A stretch of 64,000 nt of DNA, taken from positions 50,840,001-50,904,000 of the forward strand of contig NC_083243.1 of assembly GCF_032191835.1 (NCBI RefSeq), read 5' to 3'. The DNA comes from Heteronotia binoei. Its lineage: Eukaryota. How positions within the stretch are numbered: the first letter of the stretch is position 1; each line of letters opens with the position of its first letter. Positions 1-12,225 of this stretch are shown piece by piece. Both the position numbers and the translations under genes were made by a program. The notes beneath the pieces are model-generated. The model was given only the letters and a program-made list of their open reading frames with translations. It searched no databases and was not told the origin of the DNA.

Positions 1-101
1 CACTTTTATGTAGGATATCATTATTAAATTGAGTATTCAACGGAATCTTTTCTGTAAATCCAGTTCACACAGCTCCAATGGGTGAAGGTAGTTAAAAAAT
101 C

Positions 102-297
102 TTAGTGTAGTGTAATGGTTAGCATTTCAAACCAGTCCTGGTTAAACTTTGTTTAAAATCCTCTCTGCATCATGAAGTTCACTTAGGTGACATTGGGTCT
201 TCACTGCCATTCAGCCTAACCGATTTCACAAGATTGCCAAAAGGATTGAATGTGTGCTGCTCCTTGGAGGAAGAGTGGAATAAAAATATAGTACATA
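102..297 (+). mobile_element. Old CORE-type (Squam3-like) SINE
   Basis: tagtgtagtgtaatggttagc (box A), CORE segment ttcacttaggtgacattggg...cagcctaacc, tail ccttggaggaagagtggaataaaaat. Confidence 0.7.
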
Positions 298-616
298 AAT
301 ACAGCCTAGACTAAAATCTTACCACCCTGATTTTTTTAAATGTTATTTCTTAAGGACTCTAACCAAAGTTTGAGTTCATAGAAAAATTGCAACAAAATCT
401 ACAATAATGAGGAACAGAATAATTCAGTGAGGTCTGTAATTGTGCCTTGCTGGCCTCTGTATGGTCTGACCAGTTGCACTACTGTTCTAAGACCACTTTT
501 GTCCAATGGGCTATTGTACCTAAGGATGGAAATTCTTGCATGTATGTAATCAGAAGTATGCTAACTATGGACATAGAAGCTCCAGTTATAGCTGTTCCGT
601 CTAAAGAGAACCCCAA

Positions 617-820
617 AGTGCTATAGTGGTTAGAATGTCAAACTAGTGTTTGGAAAACCAAAGTTCAAATCCTGTCTTAGCTATGAAACTCACTGGGTGA
701 CCTTGAGCCACTCAGTTCTTTCAATGTAACCTACCTTACAGGATTGTTGTGAACATAAATGGAAGAAGGGAAACCATGTGCACTGTTCTTGACCACCTTG
801 AAGGAAGTGTAAGATAGGAA
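617..820 (+). mobile_element. Old CORE-type (Squam3-like) SINE
   Basis: gtgctatagtggttagaatg...gttcaaatcc...cactgggtgaccttgagcca...ctaccttacaggattgttgtga. Confidence 0.75.
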
Positions 821-1353
821 CATGATATATATCCAACAATAGGCTGTTCCCAACTAAATATGCATAATTCTTTAAAAATTACCCTTGACTGCAATCTTTT
901 GTATGCTTATGAAGAAAGACATCTCTCTGAAATAATTGGGGACGTATGTGGATGGGGGTGCATAAATCATCTTATTAGAACTGCATCTATTTGCACATGC
1001 ATTTGGAAAGCCATGACAATTGCAGTTATTAAATGAGTATAAATGGTGAGCAAACGAAGGTGTTTGTAATTGATACATAATAGCAATATGGTTGTCAAAC
1101 TAGATAGAAGTACTTTCTGTGTAGAAAAGTCATAAATGTATAAAAAGGTCCTAAACAGCAGGATTGCAGTATTTGACAAATGGAAAACATTAGGTGCACA
1201 GTTCCCTCAAACTTGCTTTTTAAAAGGTTTTTGGGCTTGTGGTGATATTAAGTACAAACATATTCATGCCTACTTTGACATTTGCAAAAGGCTCATAGAA
1301 AATATGCTCTTGTTTAATCACAGTTAACCAGATTCCTCTTGTCTGCTTGCTAG

Positions 1354-1473
1354 GTGATGCTGGTAATAGATGCTGCTGTGACACATTTGGAGAACTTGCA
1401 GTGTTTGGAGGAGTACCTTGCCAACTTGGGAAAGAAACACCATGCAGTTGGCGTGAAGGTGGAGTCTTTTTCG
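1354..1473 (+). CDS. NGB: Neuroglobin exon 3 (E, EF and F helices, proximal His F8)
   Basis: ctag|GTG...TCG|gtaagg; 120 nt, phase 0/0. Encodes [40 protein letters not shown], matching human [40 protein letters not shown]. Intron positions fit the NGB E11.0 and G7.0 pattern. Confidence 0.97.
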
Positions 1474-1644
1474 GTAAGGTGCCCTTTTATTATGGGATAT
1501 TTCCTGCCCAGGGCAGGGTAAAAGTATTTCGTTGCTCAAAGCAAGATACACCCATTATTAGCTTCTTCTGTGCTGCTGCCATCTGAATTCAAACCAAGTC
1601 CCTGAAGCAAGACCACTTGCACAAGTCCAAGAGAAGATGCCACA

Positions 1645-1835
1645 CTAGTTATTTAGGTGTTTACACCCCCTCTCCGCTTTTCTCCCTAGTTCATGGGGAC
1701 CCAAAGCAGCTTACAATATTGTTCTCCATTATATTCTTACAAAAACAACTCTGTGAGGTAGGTTGGGTGACTGGCCAAAGGTCACCCACAGAACTTTCAT
1801 GGCAGAGTGGGGTTGTTTTGAACCTGGTTCAACAT
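1645..1835 (-). mobile_element. Old CORE-type SINE in NGB intron 3
   Basis: Reverse of the CORE: acaactctgtgaggtaggttgggtgactggccaaaggtcaccca. Confidence 0.65.
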
Positions 1836-2517
1836 AACCCCATGCTGGCTTGCACTTTTTGTGCTGTGGGTGAATGGAAAGGAGCTGAGCCCTGTGCTGT
1901 TGGTGCCCTCCTTGTTGTAGCGGCTCAAGCAATTGCTTTGGTGGTTTGACTGGAGAAGTAGCCTTGCTTCTGCCATGGAATTCCTTGCCTGGCTTTATTT
2001 ATCCCTCATCTCTTCTGTGTCACTGAATTCTTTCTTATCCCAGGTGTCTGATCAGTGGTTGACCCCACAAAGAGTTTGCTGCTGCTAAAATGTGGGGAGA
2101 GACGATATTCACACGGGAAGCCTGACAATGACAAATGAATTCAGCAGATGTCTAAATACTTAGCAGTATACCTATGAGCAGTCGCCAACAAGTGTTTTGA
2201 CTTGTCTGGTGGTGAAATAGTATTATTATTAATGATTATTTTCATTTATTGTCATCCTTTCTAACTGGGACTCAAGGTGGATTACAAGTATGAGAGAAAA
2301 TTACCAGTCAATAATACTTTGTTTTGACATTCTCAAAATTCATCTGGGATAGTCTGCTTACTTACCACAGGTTTTCTCCCCCAGGGTGGGGGGCTTTTGC
2401 CCAGGGCCCTAGAATCACTAAGCCCACCCTCTGACAGAAGGCTGACCACCTGTCCCTCCCTTCCCACTTCTGCCTGTTGCACACTTAACTTTGTCTCTTT
2501 CCTGTTTTGGTTTGCAG

Positions 2518-2664
2518 GCTGTGGGGGAATCCTTGCTGTATATGCTGGAAAAATGCCATGGCCCTGCGTTCAACTTGAATGTCCGTGAAGCCTGGACCAG
2601 GCTGTATGGCACTGTGGTGAAAGCCATGAGCTGTGGCTGGGATGTTCCAGGAAAGGTGGAATAA
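2518..2664 (+). CDS. NGB: Neuroglobin exon 4 (G and H helices, stop)
   Basis: ttgcag|GCT...TAA. Encodes [48 protein letters not shown], matching human [44 protein letters not shown]. Confidence 0.97.
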   Translation, partial: [48 protein letters not shown]

Positions 2665-3234
2665 GCCTGGAAGAGGACATGTGGGCTGTGGCTGTTCATC
2701 CTTGGGAACAGCTCTGAGGAGAGAGCAAGCTCGCCTTTCCAGTTTGGTGTGCTTCAGAGTAATCTTTGCTGCTTGCTCATCTCTCTCTCATTTACTTTCA
2801 CATTTCCCATCTCTTGTGATAATGTGATTTTGCTCCCAAATTTCAGTGTAGCAGTTTCACAGGTCTGGGGGTTTTTGGGTGAGGGGAGAGGAGAGCCAGG
2901 CTGGAATCATAGCCGGTAGAGGTGATGTCTGTAGCGGCTTTCCCACCAAAAGGTCTTATGAAGAGTAATTACAAAAGATCCCTCAGTACAGAAAGGTTAT
3001 TCCACCAGCTATTCCCTCAGCCTACGAAGCCTGGGAGTGTTTGAATTAAGTCAGACAATGGTGGATGCTTTCCTGTGGGATTATCAAAGCAATGTATCTT
3101 TTTTTTAAAAAAGGGTGAATTCTGCCATAAAGCTCCTCTTGCTATGTCTAAGCTGCTAGCTGGTGGAATTCCAAAATGCTTGGCCACAAGAGAAAACTTG
3201 GAGATGCAGTGGTTACCCATTCCCTGTGTGTGAA

Positions 3235-3240
3235 AATAAA
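3235..3240 (+). terminator. NGB: Candidate NGB polyadenylation signal
   Basis: AATAAA about 570 nt after the stop, followed by T/GT-rich sequence. Confidence 0.5.
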
Positions 3241-3904
3241 ACTTTCTCATTAATTGAGTGACACCTTAGGCTTCTGTCCTGGGTAAAGCTTCCAAACATT
3301 TATCCTGGTTCCTGCTCAAAGAGTGTTTGTGCAGTTCATTTCTGGGCAATTGAGTAATATCCATACACTGCCATTTTCCCCAAGGCCTTTAAGCTCTTGT
3401 AGAATCTTTTAAACTTTTCTCAGATTTGAAGTAACTTTCTAGCCTTTGTTCTTGACATGTACATTATCTTTGAAAACTTTAAAAAGGATTATTTTAGTTT
3501 AAAACATTTAAACTATTTAAAGCAAATTACCTGTAGGATGGAGCAGATGGCCCTATAGAGGAATTCTGAGATGGGCAAATAGGGCCTAGTTATGTAAAAG
3601 GATGGGGACCTGTCAGATTTTTTCACTTAGTCTGGTCCAATTCTCTTCCTTAATACAACTCCCATCTCATGTGGCTTTTGTCCAGGCAAGTCCCGTGATT
3701 TTGGATGGGAAAAGGGGGACTTTCTTCCCTTTTTCACCAATAGAAAAGTTGGTAAGATCCCTCTCAGTGGGTTGGGTGGGGGAACTATCTCTGATATCCA
3801 CATAATAGTTTAGTTAAGTTTTCTTTCTGTGATCCTTTCACCTAACCCACCTATACCAAAGACACTCTGATAGAGTTAGTGATAGTTCCTGGGCCTCTCA
3901 CAAG

Positions 3905-4027
3905 TAGGGTTGCCAATCCCCAGGTGGGAAGAGAGGCCAGTAAATCCCCAGGTGGTGGCAAGGGAGCCCCCCAGTTTGGAAGCCCTCCCCCCCACTTCAG
4001 AGTCATCAGAAAGTGGGGGGGAAGGGA
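3905..4027. mobile_element. Left end of a hAT-like non-autonomous transposon (TIR TAGGGTTGCCA), truncated
   Basis: Same TIR as 58672-58871, which has an 8-bp TSD. No right TIR here; it abuts a SINE. Confidence 0.65.
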
Positions 4028-4210
4028 GGGACGGTGGCTTAGTGGTAGAGCATCTGCTTGGAAAGCAGAAGGTCCCAGGTTCAATCCCTGGCATCTCCAA
4101 AAAAGGTTCCAGGCAAATAGGTATGAAAAACCTCAGCTTGAGATCTTGGAGAGCCAGTGCCAGTCTTGATGGACCAGTGGTCTCATTCAGTACAAGGCTC
4201 CTTCATGTAT
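4028..4210 (+). mobile_element. tRNA-Ala-like SINE with CR1-like tail
   Basis: Head GGTGGCTTAGTGGTAGAGC...GGTTCAATCCCTGGCATCTCCA (boxes A and B); tail gatggaccagtggtctcattcagtacaaggctccttcatgt. Confidence 0.8.
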
Positions 4211-5149
4211 ATGTGGGAGGGCATGGATTTAGTTTGGAGCCTGACATAGCAGGGAGGATATTTAAACCTCCTCCATGTCATTTTCCAATAGAAGTCACCT
4301 GACAGATGGAAACTACATAACAGGGCAAAAAAGGAAAGGTGCAGTATGGGTCTTTGCCTCCTACTCTGGCTAAAACAAGATGTGGAGAACAATTTCTATT
4401 GGGGAAAGAATTCATCATCCCCATTTCCAGTCCTGCGACCTATATTGAGGCCTCCTGTGTATGCTTTCTTACATTAAAACACAGTTCTCCCATGTCCTGT
4501 GTAATTTGGCTATATTAACTGGTAGCTACATTGGGTGGGTGAAATTCCATAGCTTAGCAGGCTGATGACATAGTCCTACGCACATGTACTTGGAAGTAAG
4601 CATCTTTGAGTTTCAAGAAAGGTGAGATGTACAGTAGTCAGTTAAGTCCACTGTGTTCAGTGGAGCTTACTCTCAGGTAAAGATGCATATGGTTGTATCC
4701 TGACTATGATGAGGCCTTGAGACAAAAAGGGCAGGCCATTGTCCACTCCTGATCATGCATTTCCTTCAGGTGTGAAAGCACTGGCTGTATTGTGTAAATG
4801 TATGGTCCATGTTAGTCTCATTTAGTGTAGCACTGAAGTGTCTTTTATAGGGGAGGAACCTGCCCCCTCCCTCCCTTCCTCCCCCCTCCCTTAAAAAAAA
4901 GCAAGCAAATGCTTAGTGCAGTCTAGTCTCTCTATTATATGATGTCGCTTCCTGGGATGTTTTAGGGTGATTGGCAACTATTTTGATGTGTTTAAAAAAT
5001 GCACAGAAGTTGCAGCCCAAGGTATGAAATGTGTCTGTTGTCCTTGACTGAATATCCACAGCTTTAATGCAGCTAGGATTAACAATAGGCAAATAGTTTG
5101 TCTGGCATATTTGTTATCTTGCCCTTCTTCCAGGAAGTGCAGGGCGGTG

Positions 5150-5310
5150 TGTATGTTTTTCTCTTGTCCTCTGTTATCTCCATAGCAGCCCTGTCAGGGT
5201 AGATTAAGCTGGAAAAAGAAGTGCCTGGCCCAAGGTTATGCTGTGAGCTGGGTAGAGATTAAATCCAGGTTTCCTTAGTCTTTGTCTGACATTTGAGCCA
5301 CTATCATGCT
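5150..5310 (-). mobile_element. Old CORE-type SINE
   Basis: agccctgtcagggtagattaagctg...tggcccaaggt...aaatccaggtt...ccactatc. Confidence 0.55.
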
Positions 5311-6844
5311 CTGCACCAGAACTCCCCAAACCTGGTAGGATCCTGAATTTGTCATCCTTTATTGGGACACAATACTTTTGTTCACCCTCAACAAAGGGGA
5401 AGCAGGTAGCTGGATGTGAAGACCCAGGAGACTAGATTTGGTTATTGGGCCAGCAGGATATCTAGGAGAAATAGCCAGCTAAAAAGCTGTGTTGTGAGAT
5501 CTTTAATGCCCAGAAATTAAGTGACTTGTCCTGAGAAATCCCCTTTTATGACACTGACGTACCACCTTCAAGTGCATTGGGAGTTTTAATTCTGCTTGTG
5601 AAAAGAGACCCTCGCATGCACATGCATACAGCTACATGATCTGTACCACAGGGTTTTGTTTTGCAGGGCTTGGGTTTCAGCACATAGTCTTGTTTTTTGA
5701 CATTATAAATGGATAACTGTAATTCATTGGTTCAGAACTGTGGCAGTCATCTCCACATTCCCAGACAGCAGGTGAGGAGATAAGCATATTTTCCATCCTG
5801 CAATGGCCAGATTTTAGGCAAGGACTCATACAACTGAACTCTCGTACATTTTTTTTAAATCCCCACACTTAGAAAGCTAGTCTTTCAGGGACAAGGGTTC
5901 TAGCCTGGCTTTTCCACTGGCGTGCAAAACCTCTGATGCCTTTCATAACTCTTTAACTCTTTGTTCTTTTGTGCCATATTTTGGTGAATGTTGTCGAAGA
6001 CATTTTAAAAAAAACAAACCCCCTGTTCTTGGTGTGCCTCAGACTGTTTTTTGCAGTGCTTTACGTGCTATGTCTGTTCTGCAGTGTAAAATGTTAAATT
6101 TAATCCACTAGGAAAGTGGTGATATGAGGAAGTGTGATGTTGTTTTGCTCTCTGGACATGACAGCTTACTCCCGTGCTCTTGGATCAGCTGTGACTTGTT
6201 CATTGACCCAGAGGAAATGCTGTCTTCTTTCTGCCATCCTCCGCTGCTGTCTTAGATGAGAAAGGGGGGGGGGGAGAAACTATCCTTAGCTGGGCCAAAC
6301 TTCTGTCATGTTAGTTCTTCAGAAGGGAAAAATCCACCAGGTGGGTATGATGTCTGCTGTCACTGCAGCACTGGGAAGGGAAAAACTATACCCAGTGATG
6401 GCATTCGTCCTTCAGTGCAGTTCTTTGAGGTACAGGGCCTGGTAGGTACTGGGCCCAGACGCTGCCTGTATTCCCTGTACTTTCCCAAGCCTGCGGTAGG
6501 ATGGTGAAGAGATGAACTTTAACAGAACTCAAAATTCAGGGATCAGGATCTTTACAAAGAAATGTATGTATATGCAGAACCAGCTGGCATAATAAAGTGA
6601 GATTGTGACTAAAGCCCTAAAGGACATTTGTTGTCATCTTGCAGTTCTAAAGAAAAATTTAAAGCAGAAATAAATAGAGAAATTTTAAAATGTTCCTTAA
6701 TTGCTGCAGGGACAGGAAGAGGTATGAATTATCAGATTCTGGTCAAAAATTTGTGCTAGCTTTGCAAAGGCCTGGCAGATTGGGCCCCAAGCATATCAGC
6801 TGTTTGGTATTCACGGTGTGCACAGAACACTAGAATGATGGTAG

Positions 6845-6986
6845 CAGGGCATTTTTTGAGCAGGAATGCAGTTCTGGCTGGCTTGACATTGTGGGTGTGA
6901 CCACAATGAGTTCATGGTTTTTTCCTATAAAAGCCCTGTGTGAAATGGTAAGTCAATGCTGGACTTTTTCTACCCAAAAAGCCCTG
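6845..6986. mobile_element. hAT MITE, TIR CAGGGC(T)n
   Basis: cagggcattttttgagcagg...aaaaagccctg with an internal repeat of the right end at ~6938; flanks gatggtag/actggtag (6 of 8 match). Confidence 0.65.
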
Positions 6987-7504
6987 ACTGGTAGGAAAAG
7001 TGCTTGTTAGTACCCCCTTTTGGGGGATATCAGTGGAGGTATAAAGGTACTAGCTTGGTTTGAAATTGCTGAATAGCGGCAGGATTGGCAACTTGGAGAT
7101 GCCTCACCTTCTAGCCCCCATTCTGCAGTCCATGTCTTTCCCAAAGGAAGTAATTGGTTCCCCTCAACAGCTTAGTTTTTGTTACCATCCCATCTTTGTT
7201 GTCTATATTAGAGCAACAGTCCTCACAGAATCAATCTAGTTTTGTGGGAGTTCCAATTTCCATGGTTACAGAAGCAGGAGTTTGCCAGGGCAGATGGTTG
7301 CCTACAACAGCAGCAGCAGGTAGTCCTTTCTCATTGGCTGAGTATGATGGGAATTGGCATTCTGGGTGGAAGCAAGGTAACTGAGGAGATTATGCTGGGT
7401 GTGTGTGTATACACAGCTACGTACTATCTAGATTTGTGCTGGACCAGCTAAACAAAGGGACTGTCCTATTTTGACCAGGAAGTCAAGACATATAATATTT
7501 TTAA

Positions 7505-7830
7505 AAAGACCTGCTGATCAGACCAGTGGTCCATTTTGTCCAGTGTACTTTTCCAAAAAACAACCAACCAGTTGCCCTGGAAGGCCAGTAAACAGGGCAT
7601 AGAGGGTTGAGGCTTTCCCTTGAAATTGCTTCCTAGCACTGGTATTGAAAGGTTTCCTGCCTTTAAATGTAGAGGTGGTTAGTGGCTACTAATAGACCTA
7701 TCTTCCATGAATTCCTCTAATTATTTCTTCAAAACCATATTTGCTTGTGGCCATCCCTAAGTCCACTGGCAGTGAATTCCTCAATTTACTTGTTGAATGA
7801 AGTACTTCCACTTGTCTTTCCTGATATTGC
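7505..7830 (-). mobile_element. CR1 LINE 3' fragment
   Basis: ctgatcagaccagtggtcca...tagtggctactaatagacctatc, homologous to the CR1 copy at 47167. Confidence 0.75.
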
Positions 7831-8041
7831 CTATCAAGTTAATTGGGTTCTGGTATTACAGGAGAGAAAGAAAAGGTCGTCAGTTTTCCATACTCTGTAT
7901 TATATTGGTGGTGGCCTGAGGTGGTGTTGGGGCTACACACTTTGTGCTCTTTTCTCTGTGTTATATGGTGGTGGCATGGAGCTGAGCTAGATGGCTATTT
8001 ATTCAGACCCTGTGTTGTTTTTTCTGTTCCTGACCATCACC

Positions 8042-8248
8042 TAGGTATGCCAGCCCCCAGGTAGGACCTGGGAATCCCCAAAAGCCCTGTTACAACTAGT
8101 TTCCAGACTACAGAGATCAGTTTCCCATGGAAAAAATGGATGATTGGAGGGTGGATTCTGTGGCATGGTGCCCCATGGAGGTCCCTGTCCTGCCCAGGCT
8201 GCAGCCTCAAATCTCCAGGTGTTTCCCAACCTAGGTCTGGCAATCCTA
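8042..8248. mobile_element. hAT-like MITE (TAGGGTTGCCA family), degenerate, inverted relative to 58672
   Basis: taggtatgcca...tggcaatccta; the internal cagatcagtttcc-tggaaaaaatgg segment is the reverse complement of 58672-type sequence. Confidence 0.6.
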
Positions 8249-9259
8249 CCCGCCTATTTCCTGCTGGTGGCTTCGGTGGGGGGGGGGGGTTCCTGGCAAC
8301 TGTACCACCACCACACCCAGCGAATGTTTCTTGACCCAGCCAGATTTTGTGCTTTGTGCAATACAGACCCGCCCCCCCTCAGCTCAGCTTTTTAGTGAAC
8401 TCAGCAGTGGAAGTATTTGACTAGGACAATTAAATTTATCACTTGCTATCATTTGGATTGTGTTGAACAGGCATCCCTTTTCCAATCTGAGAATACACTG
8501 TCATTGAAGGCAGGGACAGGAAGTTTTGGGTGGAGAAGGCTTTTGGCTCATACCTCTACCCACATTAGCAAAACCAAACGAAGTGGCAAATTGAAAGGGG
8601 TGGGAAGATGGGCCAGGCCACCCTTTCCTTTTAACTCATGTACTGCAGCAAAACATTTTAAATCAGTTTTTTGTTTTAACATTCCCAGTTTCCACTAAAG
8701 CATGGGGGAACTGAGTGTTAGGGAAAGGCTTGTATGATTACCATTTGGGCAAAGCACAACTGGCCACACAGACCCACAAGGCTGGTGAGTGAGGGTTGCT
8801 ATTGAATGCTTAATATTTGGTGACTTAATTAATAGAAAATATGCCTCATCACTGTAGCAAAGAGCTCTTGCAAGCCGCTGGAGTGCAGTTACACATCACA
8901 CCTAGTCCTGGTGCTATGTTGTAGGAGCTGGTTTCTCATGATTGTTGTTTATTGCAGATTTATGGGCCTGCTATTCTGATTAACCAGCTGTTAAGTTTTT
9001 TTTGAAAAAAACACTATAAGTGGGTAGGGGAGATAGAAAGGTTACAAGTTCTCCCCTGGTTAAATGTTTAGCAGCTCTGCCTCTTCTCCCAGCCTGGTAC
9101 AATTATTGCATAGGCTTCTGGGAGCTCCAATCTTCTTGGAAGATGTACCTAAGTCTCTCATTGGGTTTCTGGTTCGTTGGCGCAAACAGACCTGAGCCTT
9201 TCCCAGTGCTCAAAATCTCACTGCTTCTAGCACATTGAACAAGGCATGGTTTTTGTGCC

Positions 9260-9425
9260 AGTTTTTTTTTTTTGTCAAGTCACAGTGGACTTGTAGTGAT
9301 CCTGTAGGGCTTTCAAGGAAAGAAACATTCAGAGGTGGTTGGCTGTTGTCTACCTCTGGACTTCCTAGGTGGTCTCCCATCCAAATTACTAACCAAGGCT
9401 GATCATGCTTAACTTTTGAGACAGG
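9260..9425 (-). mobile_element. 5S rRNA-derived SINE with RTE tail (5S-Sauria-like)
   Basis: ggtctcccatccaaattactaaccaagg is the reverse of the 5S internal control region; tail gtcaagtcacag plus poly-T. Confidence 0.75.
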
Positions 9426-11654
9426 CTTGTAGCCAGTCAGGGGCACATGGGACAGTGCCCCCTCCCAATTCTGCCCTGCCATTACCCTGTGGCCTGCCCC
9501 TGCCAACTTCTGCTGACTGCAGCCAGATTAACAAAACGAGTGTTGAGCTCAGCATCTTTCTGTGCTCTGGGGGCAGGCTGGATGGAAGGGAAAGGAATCA
9601 GCATACCAGGATGCCTGATGTCACCACTGCTGCACCTGCCCATTGGCTGCTCAGCTGAAGGAAGGAGGGAAATTGGCTGGGCTTGATGTGATGGAAGGCT
9701 GTGCAAAAACCGAGGAGGAGGCTCCTGGTCAGTCCAGCAGTGATTTCAAACCTGGAGCCGTGGACATGATGGTTGCTGCTACACCCGCCCATTGGCTGCT
9801 CTGTGACATCTGGCTATGGGGCTGTTCTGAGATCTGATGAGATCAGGCTAGCCTGGGCTTTCCAGATCAGGGGATGTATTACTCTCTGTATAAACATGGT
9901 GCAGCTCAATCCCCGCCCCAGGCACCGGCTGGGTGACATAACTTTATTCAAGGCACGTTTATAGCAATAAAGATAACAAGAAGATACAGAAGTCTGGCAC
10001 ATTCCTAGAGAGTGACAGCCAAGGGAAGGACAAGAAACCAGAGCCCCACACCAAGACATCATACCCACGCACAGGCACTTTGCCTCCATGAAAAGAGACA
10101 CAGGTAGGAAAGGAGGCCTTGAGGTTTGCTACATGAGCCTATTCACATGGTAAGTTCACTTAACAGGCTGCAGGAGGAACATGAGGAGGAGTTTCTTTTA
10201 CCCTACATCACAGGGCTAGACCACCCTTTGAAGCAGGCAGCCATGGCCTTAACTGAGATGGGAAAAATTGCATTGTGGGCACATAGGCAAAGCTTTTTCC
10301 TTGATTTGGTGCTGTATCAAGACGGTAGGTTCCTCCACATGCATATAAAAACCTCAATGGACTTAGACAGTCAAACTGTAAGAGCCCTGGATTCAAGTCC
10401 CCACTTGCTCTTAAAATTATTGGGTGACTTTAGGTCAGTCATTCTAGGCTACCTCATGGGCTTCTAATGAAAACAAAATGGAGAGGGCAGCATGTATACT
10501 GCTCCAAGCTCCTTGGAGAAAGGGTGGGATAAAAATGTACTAAACCAAGTTATATGACACCCCCCTCTGCCTCCTCTCATATAAGCAGTGATTCAGGCCC
10601 CATTCTTCTTTCTTGAAATTAGCCATGGCCCTGAAGTTATGTTCTCATTCTGACAAAACTGGCCTACTGCACCTGTCTCTCCATTGTAAGGAAGACAACA
10701 GCTGCTATTTCTGACCCATAGGAGACAAAGAAGCCCAGCATACGATGTAGGATAGGCACACTCTTAATAACACCGCTATATATACATTAGAGACTGTGAT
10801 TTGGTTCAGGGGCTTGTGTGTTTGTGTGTCCACTCATACAACACGATCCTGTAACTTTCCTCAGAACTAAACCTGTCCACTTGCACCCAGTAGGGCTTAC
10901 TGCTATGTAACTGGGCAGGATTGCATTTTCTAAGTAATACTACGTCATTTGGAGGACATGTTCATGTATGAACACTCTCATGGGGTCAGAATGTTCATCA
11001 GCTCTCTTGTCATGGCCCAAAATAGTTATGTAATGCTCCCTTCGATCATTACTGTTTGTCTCAAACTTTCCAAGGCTCTGCATTAGAGACAGTGTGATTG
11101 TATGACAGGGAGAGAACACCTCACAGAGGTGTATATGCCGCTGTAAGATATTACCTGGGTCATTGCTGGGATACTAAATGTAGCTCATGAGCTGTAAAAG
11201 TCTCCAAAAACTGTATGAAAGGCAGGTGAACATATATTCTTAAAATGAGGAGGCTCAACATCACGAAATCAAATTAGGAGTTCATTTGGTCAGTTCTGGG
11301 GGGAGGGTGGTCTGCCTTGATTTCAATCAACCATTTTTGTAATGTGATCTATCTGACAACAATAATCTGTACATACATGCACTCATAAATGCACACTCAC
11401 CTGCCAAGGATAATCCTGACACCTGTGGAATCACAACCACAAAATGGTTTTTGTGGAACAGCATCAGGTGTGCGGTGCCATCTTATAGGGACGCAGACAC
11501 AGCCTGCAGAAGGCATTGACTGTCTCACTGTGAAACCTAAACACCAAAAACTACTCTTCATCTACTCATGTGGCCCCCTTTGGACACTTCTACTTTCCCC
11601 CTACTATAGATATAACATAGGTTGCCACCCTGCCTTACAATCCACAGTTCAGAT

Positions 11655-11935
11655 AAGAAGAAGATGATATTGGATTTATATCCCGCCCTCCACTCCGAAG
11701 AGTCTCAGAGTGGCTCACAATCTCCTTTACCTTCCTCCCCCACAACAAACACCCTGTGAGGTGGGTGGGGCTGGAGAGGGCTCTCACAGCAGCTGCCCTT
11801 TCAAGGACAACCTCTGCCAGAGCTATGGCTGACCCAAGGCCATGCTAGCAGGTGCAAGCGGAGGAGTGGGGAATCAAACCCGGTTCTCCCAGATAAGAGT
11901 TTGCACACTTAACCACTGCACCAAATTGGCTCTCT
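11655..11935 (-). mobile_element. Young full-length CORE-type SINE (long Squam3-like subfamily)
   Basis: About 9 differences in ~275 nt from the copy at 57481 (hand count); (AAG)n tail. Confidence 0.9.
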
Positions 11936-12029
11936 GTTAAGATAAAGTCTGTGGAATCTCTGGCTCTCTCACAGATAAAGTCTGTGGAATCAGTTTTCAC
12001 GTCATGGGAATATCGATTTAAAACATGCC

Positions 12030-12225
12030 ACCACTCATGGTTCAGTAGTAGGGCATCTGTTTTGCATGCAGGTTCCAGGTTCCATCCTCAGCACCTCCAG
12101 TTAAAACGATGAAGTATGAAAAGATGTGGAAAATCTTGACCCAAGATCATGGCATTTCAGTGCCACTCACAGTAAACAATACGGACCTTGAGGAATCAAC
12201 AGTCTGGCTCAGTGAAAGACTGTCT
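12030..12225 (+). mobile_element. tRNA-Ala-like SINE, degenerate
   Basis: ggttcagtagtagggcatctgttttgcatgcaggttccaggttccatcc...aatacggaccttg...gtctggctcagt. Confidence 0.7.

Noticed and set aside
1-1353. NGB exons 1-2 and the distal His E7
   Set aside because: No matching sequence found; this stretch is intron 2 with SINEs.
4028-4099. tRNA gene (D, anticodon and T arms fold; ends in CCA)
   Set aside because: The acceptor stem has three mismatches, and the sequence continues into a SINE body found in at least six other copies. It is a SINE head.
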